A stretch of DNA of 64,000 nt from Steroidobacteraceae bacterium (GTDB lineage Bacteria > Pseudomonadota > Gammaproteobacteria > Steroidobacterales > Steroidobacteraceae): the NCBI GenBank assembly GCA_036555345.1, contig DATBLN010000181.1, positions 5,112 through 69,111 of the forward strand. The letters are read 5' to 3'. The notes below the pieces were generated by a model. The model ran no database searches, was not told where the DNA came from, and saw nothing but the letters and a program-made list of their open reading frames with translations. Below are positions 9,514 to 21,450 of this stretch, piece after piece; within the stretch, counting starts at the first letter, position 1, and the number at the start of each line of letters is the position of its first letter. The translations under genes and the position numbers were made by a program.

Positions 9514-10523
9514 CGGCGGGTGTTCCTCAGGGCAATGGTCTTGCTGACCAGCACGCGCCGGAACGCGTCGTTCGGCGTGATCGCCGCGGCGCCGGTGCGG
9601 CTCGCGTAGTCGTAGGTGCGCGTGTCGACGAACCCGAGCTCCTGCTGTTCTGCACGCACGAGGAGCCACACGCGCACCGCGACGATCTGGTCGCCGGCCG
9701 GGATCCCGGCGCCCGGCTGCACGAAGTAGTCGGCGTTCTGGTCGTTGTCGAGGTCGGCGCCGAACTCGACCTGCAGGTCTTCCACACCCGGCACGACCTC
9801 GCGATCGAGGATCACCGGCGCTCCGCCCGTCACGTCGAGCTCCTTGCGGCGCAACGACGGCATGCCGGGATCCATTTCCGACGCCTGGTCCACGTAATAG
9901 CCGTGCGCGACCAGCGCCCGGGTCTCGGACAGCGGCGGCGCGTATCCCGCCGGGAGCGTGGCACCGCCGAAGAGCGATCCCTGGACGCGGCTGGACTGGA
10001 TCTTGATGCGGGGGGCATTGGCCCCGCCGGGCGCAATGGTCTGCGTGGACGCACGGCGGACCGTGAGCGTGTCGGCGCCGCCCGCGGCCGCGCCGAACTC
10101 GGCGCAGCCGAGGCCATAGGCGTCGTCGGTGACCTCGACGTAGGCCGGCAGCTTCACCGCCCACATCGCGCCGCAGGAATTGATGACCGCGGCGGCGCCC
10201 GTCAGCGAGGCGGGCAGCGCGTAGGCGGGGTCGACGTCCGGGAGGTTCGCAAGGTCGAGCGTGGGACCGTTCTCGACCAGGTCGGCGCGGCTCATGAGGC
10301 CCCAGTAGTTGGCCATGCGCAGGTCCGCCTCGATCGTGCTCATCGCGTACCGGGCGGTCTCCTGGAGGCGCGCCGCACTGTCGTTGGTGCGGTACAGGTC
10401 GCGCGTCTTGCCGAAGACCGTGATCGCGCCGGCGAGCAGGAACGTGCCGATCGCCATCGCGACCATCAACTCCACGAGGCTCATGCCCCGCTGCGCGGCA
10501 CTTCGGTGCTGCAGGGTGGTCAT
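9510..10523 (-). CDS. pilW: type IV pilus minor pilin PilW
   Basis: 337 aa from ATG 10521-10523, which forms an ATGA overlap with the pilV stop. The prepilin N-terminus is QRG|MSLVELMVAMAIGTFLLAGAITVF. Confidence 0.85.
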   Translation of the reverse strand: MTTLQHRSAAQRGMSLVELMVAMAIGTFLLAGAITVFGKTRDLYRTNDSAARLQETARYAMSTIEADLRMANYWGLMSRADLVENGPTLDLANLPDVDPAYALPASLTGAAAVINSCGAMWAVKLPAYVEVTDDAYGLGCAEFGAAAGGADTLTVRRASTQTIAPGGANAPRIKIQSSRVQGSLFGGATLPAGYAPPLSETRALVAHGYYVDQASEMDPGMPSLRRKELDVTGGAPVILDREVVPGVEDLQVEFGADLDNDQNADYFVQPGAGIPAGDQIVAVRVWLLVRAEQQELGFVDTRTYDYASRTGAAAITPNDAFRRVLVSKTIALRNTRR

Positions 10524-11023
10524 GTCTGGAACCCGAACTGGAAGGTGACCGGCGCGACTTCGCCGACCTCTGCCCATTGCACCATGATGACGTAGCTCGC
10601 GGGATCGCCGGCGCCGACCGGTGGCGTGAAGACGACCTGGCCCTGGCCATTCGGCAGGAGCTGCGCGAGCGTCGCTTTCCAGCGGGCGAGGTCGCTCGAC
10701 GCGAGATCGGTGTCGATGCAGCCGCCGGTCGTGTAGCAGCCCGCCACCTCGACCTCGGCGTCGGCGAACAGCGTCGCGTACGCGCCCTGGGCCGTGCGGT
10801 TCACGCGGATGCGGTCGGCGAGGTCCGCGGCGAGGTTGACGGCCTGCGTGCGATAGATCGCGGTGCGGCCTGACTGCAGGCTGTTGAGGTAGAGCGCCGC
10901 GATGCCGAGCAGGCCGATCGCGAGCACCACGAGCGCGACCAGGACCTCCACCATCGTGAAGCCGGACTGGCGGCGGTGCGACAGCTTCATGCGGGCGATT
11001 CCCGTGTTCATGGCGCGGCTCAC
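10520..11023 (-). CDS. pilV: type IV pilus minor pilin PilV
   Basis: Prepilin N-terminus is QSG|FTMVEVLVALVVLAIGLLGIAAL. The start is ambiguous: GTG 11021-11023 (GTGA overlap with the fimU stop), ATG 11009-11011, or ATG 10988-10990. Confidence 0.85.
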   Translation of the reverse strand: MSRAMNTGIARMKLSHRRQSGFTMVEVLVALVVLAIGLLGIAALYLNSLQSGRTAIYRTQAVNLAADLADRIRVNRTAQGAYATLFADAEVEVAGCYTTGGCIDTDLASSDLARWKATLAQLLPNGQGQVVFTPPVGAGDPASYVIMVQWAEVGEVAPVTFQFGFQT

Positions 11024-11643
11024 GAGCAGCCGCCGATGGCGACGCCGATGTCGTCGATGAGCGCCTGCACCTGGTCGAGGTCGCGGGTGACCTGGGCGCG
11101 CCCCGTGACCGCGATCTGGATCCCGCGCGCGGCGGAGAGCTGCCCGCCCGAGGGGACGTTGCCGCGCTCGTCGCAGAGGACCAGCTGGGAGGCGTTGGGA
11201 TTCTGCGCGAATCCGTTCAGGAGATACGTCACGCGGAACGGGTTGACCGACGCCCGCGCCGTGATCGTCGCCGGGATCGGCTCGCGGGTCAGCAGCACGG
11301 GCTCGCCGGCCTCGCGCTGGCCGTTGCCGTCCGTGGCATCGACCACGTTGTCGCCATTGTCGTCCACGAATGCGATCCAGCCGGTCAGCAACGGCGACGC
11401 CGCGCAGGCCGGGTTGGCCGCCAGCGCGTTGGCGCTGGTGCAGAGCGTCACGGCCTGGCGGCGCTTGATCGCCTCCGAGCGCGTGAAATGCAGCGCCGCC
11501 ATCACGTCGTTGGCGGCACCGGTGATGCGGGCGTTGCGGAAGAAATTGCCCATCGCCGGGACGCCGAGGCCGAGCAGGAGGCCCGCGAGCGTCACGACGA
11601 GCATCAGCTCGAGCAGCGTAAAGCCGGCCTGTGCCTTGTTCAT
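11020..11643 (-). CDS. fimU: GspH/FimT-family minor pilin (FimU position, first gene of the operon)
   Basis: 207 aa from ATG 11641-11643. Prepilin N-terminus is QAG|FTLLELMLVVTLAGLLLGLGVP. The FimU versus FimT assignment rests on operon position only. Confidence 0.8.
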   Translation of the reverse strand: MNKAQAGFTLLELMLVVTLAGLLLGLGVPAMGNFFRNARITGAANDVMAALHFTRSEAIKRRQAVTLCTSANALAANPACAASPLLTGWIAFVDDNGDNVVDATDGNGQREAGEPVLLTREPIPATITARASVNPFRVTYLLNGFAQNPNASQLVLCDERGNVPSGGQLSAARGIQIAVTGRAQVTRDLDQVQALIDDIGVAIGGCS

Positions 11644-11710
11644 GGCCCGCACTATAGGGCGCGGAGCACGCGGCGGCCGCGCGAGCCGACGGGCGTGCGG
11701 GGCGCGGCGA

Positions 11711-11727
11711 CGAATGGCTCGAATGGC
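11711..11727 (-). promoter_or_regulatory. tandem direct repeat CGAATGGC x2 (period 9) upstream of fimU; candidate AlgR/LytTR-type site
   Basis: The + strand reads cgaatggc t cgaatggc. The minus strand reads GCCATTCG-A-GCCATTCG-TC. CCATTCGTC matches the P. aeruginosa AlgR 9-mer CCGTTCGTC at 8 of 9 positions. The site lies 68-84 nt upstream of the fimU ATG. Confidence 0.25.
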
Positions 11728-11811
11728 CGCCGGCTCAGCCGCTTATGTCCCCGGCGTCGTGAAGCGCGTCACATTTCCGCTGGCACGGCGCGCGCGCGTG
11801 TTCTACACTGA

Positions 11812-15658
<3,847 letters not shown>

Positions 15659-15702
15659 CGGAGGCTAGCGTCCGCGGCGGAACGTGGTACTCTCCCGGCC
15701 CC

Positions 15703-16035
15703 ATGAAGATCCTGCTCGGTTGCCTGCTCGCGGTGCTCGCTTTCCTGCAGTACCGCCTGTGGGTGTCCGGCGAGGGCATGCGCGAGGTCTGGCATCTCGG
15801 CGCGGCCGTGCAGGCCCAGCGTGCCGAGAACGCGGTGCTCACCGAACGCAATGCGCAGCTCAAGGCCGAGGTCGCCGACCTCAAGCAGGGTCTGACCGCC
15901 CTCGAGGAACGTGCCAGGCACGATCTCGGCATGATCTCGGTCACCGAGACCTTCTATCAGGTCGTGGACACGCCCCACCGCGCCCCGGACGACGGCGCCC
16001 TGCCGCAGTCGATCCAGGCCGCGACCACGCCGTGA
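15703..16035 (+). CDS. ftsB: cell division protein FtsB
   Basis: 110 aa with an N-terminal TM segment and a coiled coil (NAVLTERNAQLKAEVADLKQG...ARHDLGM). It lies in the conserved eno-ftsB-ispD position. Confidence 0.85.
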   Translation: MKILLGCLLAVLAFLQYRLWVSGEGMREVWHLGAAVQAQRAENAVLTERNAQLKAEVADLKQGLTALEERARHDLGMISVTETFYQVVDTPHRAPDDGALPQSIQAATTP

Positions 16036-16042
16036 CCGGCCG

Positions 16043-16744
16043 GTGGCGGAACGCCTCTGGTTCGTGATCGCCGCCGCCGGCGCCTCGACGCGCTTCGGCG
16101 GCGCGGTTCCCAAACCCTGGCTGCGCATCGGCGGCAGGAGCCTGGTCGAACACGCGCTGCGCTCGCTCCTCGCCGCGCCCGGGGTCGCGGGCGGCGCCAT
16201 CGTGACGCCGCCGGGCGACCGGCGCTTCCGGCGCCTGCCGCTCTCCCTGCGCCGGCGCGTGGTCGAGACCAGCGGCGGCCCGACGCGGGCGCTCTCGGTT
16301 CAGGCCGGCCTGCGCGCGCTCGTGACCGCCGACCCGGAGGACTGGGTGCTGGTGCACGACGCGGCGCGCCCCTGCCTGCCGCGACGCGACCTGCTCGGGC
16401 TCATCGCCGAGTGCCGGCGCGATGAAGTCGGAGGCCTGCTGGCGCTGCCGGTCGCCGAGACGCTCAAGCAGGCGGACGACGACGGCCGCAGCGCCCGCAC
16501 CGTGCCGCGCGGGCGGATCTGGCGCGCGCAGACGCCGCAGATGTTCCGCCACGGCCAGCTCATGCGGGCGCTGACGCACGCGCTCGCCGAGGGATTCGAG
16601 GCGACCGACGAGGCCGCCGCCATCGAAAGGCTCGGCCTGCGGCCGCGCCTGGTCGAAGGATCCCCGCTCAACATCAAGGTCACGCGACCCGCCGACCTGG
16701 CGCTCGCGCAGGCGGCGTTGCGCCAGTCGAGGATCGCCCGATGA
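16043..16744 (+). CDS. ispD: 2-C-methyl-D-erythritol 4-phosphate cytidylyltransferase
   Basis: GTG start. The string VIAAAGASTRFGGAVPKPWLRIGGRSLVEH is typical of IspD. Confidence 0.9.
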   Translation: MAERLWFVIAAAGASTRFGGAVPKPWLRIGGRSLVEHALRSLLAAPGVAGGAIVTPPGDRRFRRLPLSLRRRVVETSGGPTRALSVQAGLRALVTADPEDWVLVHDAARPCLPRRDLLGLIAECRRDEVGGLLALPVAETLKQADDDGRSARTVPRGRIWRAQTPQMFRHGQLMRALTHALAEGFEATDEAAAIERLGLRPRLVEGSPLNIKVTRPADLALAQAALRQSRIAR

Positions 16745-17226
16745 TGCGGATCGGCAGCGGCTACGACGTGCACCGCTTCGGGCCGGGAGACCACGTCATG
16801 CTGGGCGGCCAGCGCATCCCGCACTCGCGGGGCGTGGCGGCGCATTCCGATGGCGACGTGCTGCTGCACGCGCTGATGGACGCGATGCTGGGCGCCGCGG
16901 GCGCCGGCGACATCGGCCAGCACTTCCCGCCGGGAGACGCGCGTTACGCGGGCGCCGACAGCCGCGTGCTGCTCGCGGAGGTCGTGCGCATCGTGGCGGC
17001 GCGCGGGTTCGAGGTCGAGAACTGCGACCTGACGCTGGTCGCCGAGGTGCCCCGCATCGCGGCCTGGCGCGAGGCGATCTGCGCGGGCATTGCGCAAGGC
17101 CTCGGCATCGAGCGATCGCGCGTGAACCTCAAGGCGACGACCGCGGAGGGCCTGGGCGCGCTCGGTCGCTCGGAGGGCATCGCGGCGCAGGCCATCGTAC
17201 TGCTCCGGGAAGGCGACAGTGCCTGA
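16741..17226 (+). CDS. ispF: 2-C-methyl-D-erythritol 2,4-cyclodiphosphate synthase
   Basis: ATGA overlap with the ispD stop. The string RIGSGYDVHRF...HSDGDVLLHALMDAMLGAAGAGDIGQHFP is typical of IspF. Confidence 0.95.
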   Translation: MMRIGSGYDVHRFGPGDHVMLGGQRIPHSRGVAAHSDGDVLLHALMDAMLGAAGAGDIGQHFPPGDARYAGADSRVLLAEVVRIVAARGFEVENCDLTLVAEVPRIAAWREAICAGIAQGLGIERSRVNLKATTAEGLGALGRSEGIAAQAIVLLREGDSA

Positions 17227-18289
17227 TGTCGCGGGGGCCGCCGCCTGGCGGGGGCTCGCGCTCGATCCGCCGCGCGCCTGGGAGTCGCCCGGCGTCGCGG
17301 GCACGCTCCGCGGCGAGCCCGAGGACTTCGTCGTCGAGGAGCGGCTCGGCTACGCGCCGGATGGCGGCCGTGCGCACAAGCTGTTGTGGGTCGAGAAGCG
17401 CGCGACGAACACGCTCGAGGTCGCGCGGGACCTGGCGGCCGCCGCCGGATGCCATCCCGCGGAAGTCGGCTTCGCCGGCATGAAGGACCGGCGCGCCGTC
17501 ACGCGGCAATGGTTCTCGCTGCCCGCGGATCGCGGCCACGCACCCGCAGCCGGCTTCGCCGGCAGCGGGTTCCGGGTGCTGGAGTCGCACGCCCACTCGC
17601 GCAAGCTGCGCCGGGGCGCGCTCTCCGGCAACGCCTTCGCCATCCGCGTGCGGGATGCGGCCGGAGACCTGGCGGGCCTGCCGGCGCGCCTGGATCTCCT
17701 GCGCACGGAGGGCTTTCCGAACTACTTCGGTGCCCAGCGCTTCGGCATTGACGGCGCCAACCTCGGGCGGGTGGAGGCATGGCTGGCCGCGGGCGCACTG
17801 CCGCGCGGCCGCGAGGCGCGGGCATTCGTGCTGTCCACGGCGCGCGCGCTCGCGTTCCATGCGGTACTCGCAGCGCGCGTGCGGAACGGCAGCTGGAACC
17901 GGCTGTTGCCGGGCGAGATCGTGAACCTCGCCGGGAGCGCGTCGGTGTTCGCGGCCGCGGAACCGGATGCGGACCTCGAGCGGCGCTGTCGGGAGGGCGA
18001 CGTCGGGCCGACCGGGCCGCTGGCGGGCGAGGGGGGACTCGCGCCCGCGGGCGAAGCCGGGGCGCTGGAACGCGCCGCGCTCGAAGGCGTGGCACCCATC
18101 CCGGCGCGGCTCGCCGCCGCGGGATTGCGGGGCGAGCGCCGCGCGCTCGTCGCCCGGCCGGCCGCACTGCGGCATCGCCTCATGGACGGCTGCCTGCTGC
18201 TCGAGTTCGAGCTCGCGCGCGGCTGCTACGCGACCAGCCTGTTGCGCGAACTGGTCAACGCCCCGCCCGCCGGCGCCATGGTCGAGTGA
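17219..18289 (+). CDS. truD: tRNA pseudouridine(13) synthase TruD
   Basis: 356 aa. The strings PEDFVVEE and GFAGMKDRRAVTRQWFS are typical of TruD. Confidence 0.9.
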   Translation: MPDVAGAAAWRGLALDPPRAWESPGVAGTLRGEPEDFVVEERLGYAPDGGRAHKLLWVEKRATNTLEVARDLAAAAGCHPAEVGFAGMKDRRAVTRQWFSLPADRGHAPAAGFAGSGFRVLESHAHSRKLRRGALSGNAFAIRVRDAAGDLAGLPARLDLLRTEGFPNYFGAQRFGIDGANLGRVEAWLAAGALPRGREARAFVLSTARALAFHAVLAARVRNGSWNRLLPGEIVNLAGSASVFAAAEPDADLERRCREGDVGPTGPLAGEGGLAPAGEAGALERAALEGVAPIPARLAAAGLRGERRALVARPAALRHRLMDGCLLLEFELARGCYATSLLRELVNAPPAGAMVE

Positions 18290-18292
18290 GGC

Positions 18293-18814
18293 TCAACGGG
18301 CGAGCAGGACGTAGAGCGCGCCGGTGCCGCCGTCGCTGCGGCGCGCGGACGTGAAGGCGCGCACGGCATCGTGCCGGCGCAGCCAGCGGTTCACGGCCGC
18401 CTTGAGCACGGGTCCGCGGTGCCCGGAACCCAGCCCCTTGCCATGGACGATGCGCACGCAATGGAATCCATGGGCCGTGGCCTCGGCCAGGAACCTCGCG
18501 AGCGCCGCGCGCGCCTCGGCCTGCGTCATGCCGTGCAGGTCGAGCTCGTCGCGCCGGGCGTAATGTCCGCGCCGCAGCCGGCGCAGCACCGCTTCCGGCA
18601 CACCCGGCCGCCGCCAGCCGAGTTCGTCGCCGGTCTCCACGTCGAAGTCGGCCGCGTCGTGCGCGAGCGATTCCTCGAGCACGCTCGCCTCGTCGGCACG
18701 ACGCGACGCCGCGCGCGGACGGCGGCGCTCCCGGTGCGGCATGGGTGCCTGGCGCGCCAGCGGCTTCACGCCGCGCACGGCGGCACGGAACAGCTCGCGG
18801 TCATCGTCCTTCAT
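18293..18814 (-). CDS. Smr-domain protein (SmrA-like endonuclease family)
   Basis: The C-terminal Smr domain reads [20 protein letters not shown]...[12 protein letters not shown]. The likely start is ATG 18812-18814 ([13 protein letters not shown]), because the longer ORF-track start would run into the surE promoter region. Confidence 0.8.
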   Translation of the reverse strand: MKDDDRELFRAAVRGVKPLARQAPMPHRERRRPRAASRRADEASVLEESLAHDAADFDVETGDELGWRRPGVPEAVLRRLRRGHYARRDELDLHGMTQAEARAALARFLAEATAHGFHCVRIVHGKGLGSGHRGPVLKAAVNRWLRRHDAVRAFTSARRSDGGTGALYVLLAR

Positions 18815-18911
18815 GGCGGCTCCGTACTCGCCCGCGGCCGGCCAGCGGGCCCGTGCTTTCCAGTATAGTTCGGGCCGGTCGCGGGACACGCGATGGGGAT
18901 GTGATCGCCGC

Positions 18912-19673
18912 TTGAAGATCCTGCTCGCCAACGACGACGGCTACCGCGCCGAGGGCCTGCGCTACCTGCGCGAGGCGCTGGCGGGCGTCGCCCCGCTCAC
19001 GGTCGTCGCCCCCGACCGCAACCGCAGCGGCGCGAGCCATTCGCTGACGCTCGAGGTGCCGCTGCGCGTGCAGCAGGCCGAGCCCGACGTCTGGTACGTG
19101 ATCAACGGGACGCCGACTGACTGCGTGCACCTCGCGATCACGGGCCTGTTCGCCCACGAGTTCGACATGGTGGTCTCGGGCATCAACGACGGGGCCAACC
19201 TGGGGGACGACGTGCTCTATTCCGGGACCGTGGCCGCGGCGATCGAAGGGCGCTTCCTCGGCCTGCCGACGGTCGCCGTGTCGCTCGTGGTCGGCTCGCC
19301 GACGGGCCCCCACTTCGCGACCGCCGCGCGCATCGCGCGCGAGCTCGTGCTGCGCGTGATGGCAAGGCCGCTGCACCGTTCGATGATCCTGAACGTCAAC
19401 GTGCCGGACCTGCCCTACGAGGCACTGAAGGGGATCGAGGTGACTCGCCTCGGCCACCGGCACCGCGCGGAAGACGCCGTACGCGGTCTCGACCCGCGCG
19501 GACGCGAGATCTACTGGGTGGGCGCGGCGGGCAAGGGACAGGACGCGGGACCCGGGACCGACTTCCACGCGGTCGCGACCGGCTTCGTGTCCGTCACGCC
19601 GTTGCAGGTGGACCTGACGCGCCACGCGGCGCTCGAGGATGTGCGCGGCTGGCTGTCGGAGCCCGCGCCATGA
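18912..19673 (+). CDS. surE: 5'/3'-nucleotidase SurE
   Basis: (L)[15 protein letters not shown] and [21 protein letters not shown] are present. TTG 18912 is the only in-frame start near the conserved N-terminus. Confidence 0.9.
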   Translation: MKILLANDDGYRAEGLRYLREALAGVAPLTVVAPDRNRSGASHSLTLEVPLRVQQAEPDVWYVINGTPTDCVHLAITGLFAHEFDMVVSGINDGANLGDDVLYSGTVAAAIEGRFLGLPTVAVSLVVGSPTGPHFATAARIARELVLRVMARPLHRSMILNVNVPDLPYEALKGIEVTRLGHRHRAEDAVRGLDPRGREIYWVGAAGKGQDAGPGTDFHAVATGFVSVTPLQVDLTRHAALEDVRGWLSEPAP

Positions 19674-20329
19674 ACGCCGAGCGCGACGGCATCGGGATGA
19701 CGTCGCTGCGCACGCGCGAGCGGCTGATCCAGCGGCTCGCGGAGCAGGGCATCCGCGATCCGCGCGTGCTCGACCGCATCCGCAATGTGCCGCGCCACCT
19801 GTTCGTCGACGAGGCGCTCGCCAGCCGTGCCTACGAGGACACCGCGCTGCCGATCGGCTTCGGCCAGACGATCTCGCAGCCCTACGTCGTGGCGCGGATG
19901 ACCGAGGCCGTGACCGCGGGCGGCACGCCGAAGAAGGTGCTCGAGATCGGCACCGGCTGCGGCTACCAGACGGCGGTGCTGGCCCCGCTCGTCGGCAGGA
20001 TCTACAGCATCGAGCGCGTCGCCGCGCTGCTCGACCGGGCGCGTGAGCGCGTCAAGGAGCTCGGCATCAGGAACGTGCGCTTCAGGCACGGCGACGGCTC
20101 GGACGGCTGGCCGTCGCAGGCGCCGTTCGACGCCATCCTGCTCGCCGCGGCGCCGCACGCCGTCCCGCAGAAGCTCCTCGACCAGCTCGCGGAGCGCGGC
20201 CGGCTGGTGGCGCCCATCGGCCCCGAAGGACGCCAGGAACTGCTGCGCATCACCCGGCGTGGCGACCAGTTCCTGCGCGAGCGCCTGGGATTCGTGAGCT
20301 TCGTGCCGCTCCTGGGCGGCGTGTCCTGA
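19670..20329 (+). CDS. pcm: protein-L-isoaspartate O-methyltransferase
   Basis: ATGA overlap with the surE stop. The strings [17 protein letters not shown] and [15 protein letters not shown] are typical of Pcm. Confidence 0.93.
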   Translation: MNAERDGIGMTSLRTRERLIQRLAEQGIRDPRVLDRIRNVPRHLFVDEALASRAYEDTALPIGFGQTISQPYVVARMTEAVTAGGTPKKVLEIGTGCGYQTAVLAPLVGRIYSIERVAALLDRARERVKELGIRNVRFRHGDGSDGWPSQAPFDAILLAAAPHAVPQKLLDQLAERGRLVAPIGPEGRQELLRITRRGDQFLRERLGFVSFVPLLGGVS

Positions 20330-20330
20330 G

Positions 20331-21011
20331 GTGCGCCGGAGCCGCCACGCGCCCTGGCCGGCGGTGCTGGCCGTGGCGCTGCTCGCCGCCTGTGGCGGCC
20401 CGCGCCGGCCGGACATCCCGGACCGGCACGTCGTGCGCGCGGGCGAGACGCTGTACTCCATATCCATGCGCTACGGCCTCGACTACCGCGACGTTGCGCG
20501 CTGGAACGGCCTCGGCCGGGACTACCTGATCCATCCCGGGCAGCCCTTGCGGCTCGATCCTCCGCCGCGGGCCGTCGCACGACTGCCGGTGCCGGCGGCG
20601 CCGGCTGCACGCGCCGCGCCCGGGGATGCAGGTCACCGGCCCCCGCCCTGGCGCTGGCCCGTGGCCGCCGGCCGCGTCCACGGCCGCGTGCGCCAGCCGT
20701 CGGGCGGCACGGGGCTGCGGATCGACGGGGAACTGCGGCAGCCGGTGGTGTCGGCGGCCGACGGGCACGTGGTCTACGTCGGCAGCGGGCTGCGCGGCTA
20801 CGGGCAACTCGTCATCATCAATCACGCGCGCGGCTGGCTCACCGCCTATGGCCACAATGCGTCCGTGCAGGTGCGGGAAGGGGACGATGTCCGCGCCGGG
20901 CAGAAGATCGCGGAGATGGGGCGCGGCCCGGGGCAGCAGCCGATGCTCTATTTCGAGATCCGGCTCGATGGCGTCCCGCAGGATCCATTGCGGCATCTGC
21001 CGGCCCGGTGA
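20331..21011 (+). CDS. nlpD: LysM/M23-peptidase-domain lipoprotein NlpD
   Basis: Lipobox LLAAC is present. The LysM segment reads HVVRAGETLYSISMRYGLDYRDVARWNGL. The C-terminal M23-like segment contains HNASVQVREGDDVRAGQKIAEMG. Confidence 0.85.
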   Translation: MRRSRHAPWPAVLAVALLAACGGPRRPDIPDRHVVRAGETLYSISMRYGLDYRDVARWNGLGRDYLIHPGQPLRLDPPPRAVARLPVPAAPAARAAPGDAGHRPPPWRWPVAAGRVHGRVRQPSGGTGLRIDGELRQPVVSAADGHVVYVGSGLRGYGQLVIINHARGWLTAYGHNASVQVREGDDVRAGQKIAEMGRGPGQQPMLYFEIRLDGVPQDPLRHLPAR

Positions 21012-21021
21012 CGCGGGCCGG

Positions 21022-21390
21022 CTACAGCATCACGGCGAGCGCCACCTCGCGGTACTCGGCCAGCAGCAGGTTGTAGGTGCGGCAGGCTGCGGCGTTGTCC
21101 ATGGCCTCGAGGCCGATGCCACGCGCCGCGAACGCCGCGAAGAGTTCCGCCGCGGGCATCCGTTGCCGGGCGCCGGTGCCGAGCAGGACGATCTCGGGCC
21201 CGAGCTCGATGACCGCGGCAAAGTGCTCGATCGCGAGCGCATCGAGCGCCGGGTGGCGCCAGCCGGTGACGACGGCGTCGCGCGTCACGATCAGGCTCGC
21301 GGTATGGCGGCTGTCGCGCAGGCGGATTTCGCCCGCGAGGCAGGCGACAATGGCGTTCGCGGACTGGGCGGGCTCGCGCGTGATCTGCAT
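21022..21390 (-). CDS. Mth938/DUF498-domain protein
   Basis: 122 aa from ATG 21388-21390 (MQITREP...GPEIVLLGTGARQRMP...GIGLEAMDNAAACRTYNLL). The rest of the 323-aa ORF-track entry is upstream read-through antisense to recJ. Confidence 0.7.
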   Translation of the reverse strand: MQITREPAQSANAIVACLAGEIRLRDSRHTASLIVTRDAVVTGWRHPALDALAIEHFAAVIELGPEIVLLGTGARQRMPAAELFAAFAARGIGLEAMDNAAACRTYNLLLAEYREVALAVML

Positions 21391-21450
21391 GCGTGCCTCC
21401 GCGCGCAATATAGCAATCCGGGCGCCACCGACGCCGGTATCATTCCCAGG

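Noticed and set aside
9061-10650. 529-aa ORF-track version of the pilX frame
   Set aside because: Only the last 150 codons look like PilX. Upstream it overlaps the genuine pilW frame and is Arg/Pro/Gly-rich. ATG 9511-9513 gives the classic ATGA coupling to pilW.
11781-11796. TGGCAC-N5-GCGC resembling a sigma-54 -24/-12 element upstream of pyrG
   Set aside because: Only the GG and GC dinucleotides match, and the TTGC of the -12 box is absent. In this GC content such matches are expected by chance, and pyrG is not a known sigma-54 target.
20626-21450. N-terminal 275-codon extension of the recJ ORF
   Set aside because: It would overlap nlpD and run antisense through the DUF498 gene. RecJ homology begins at about 21451.
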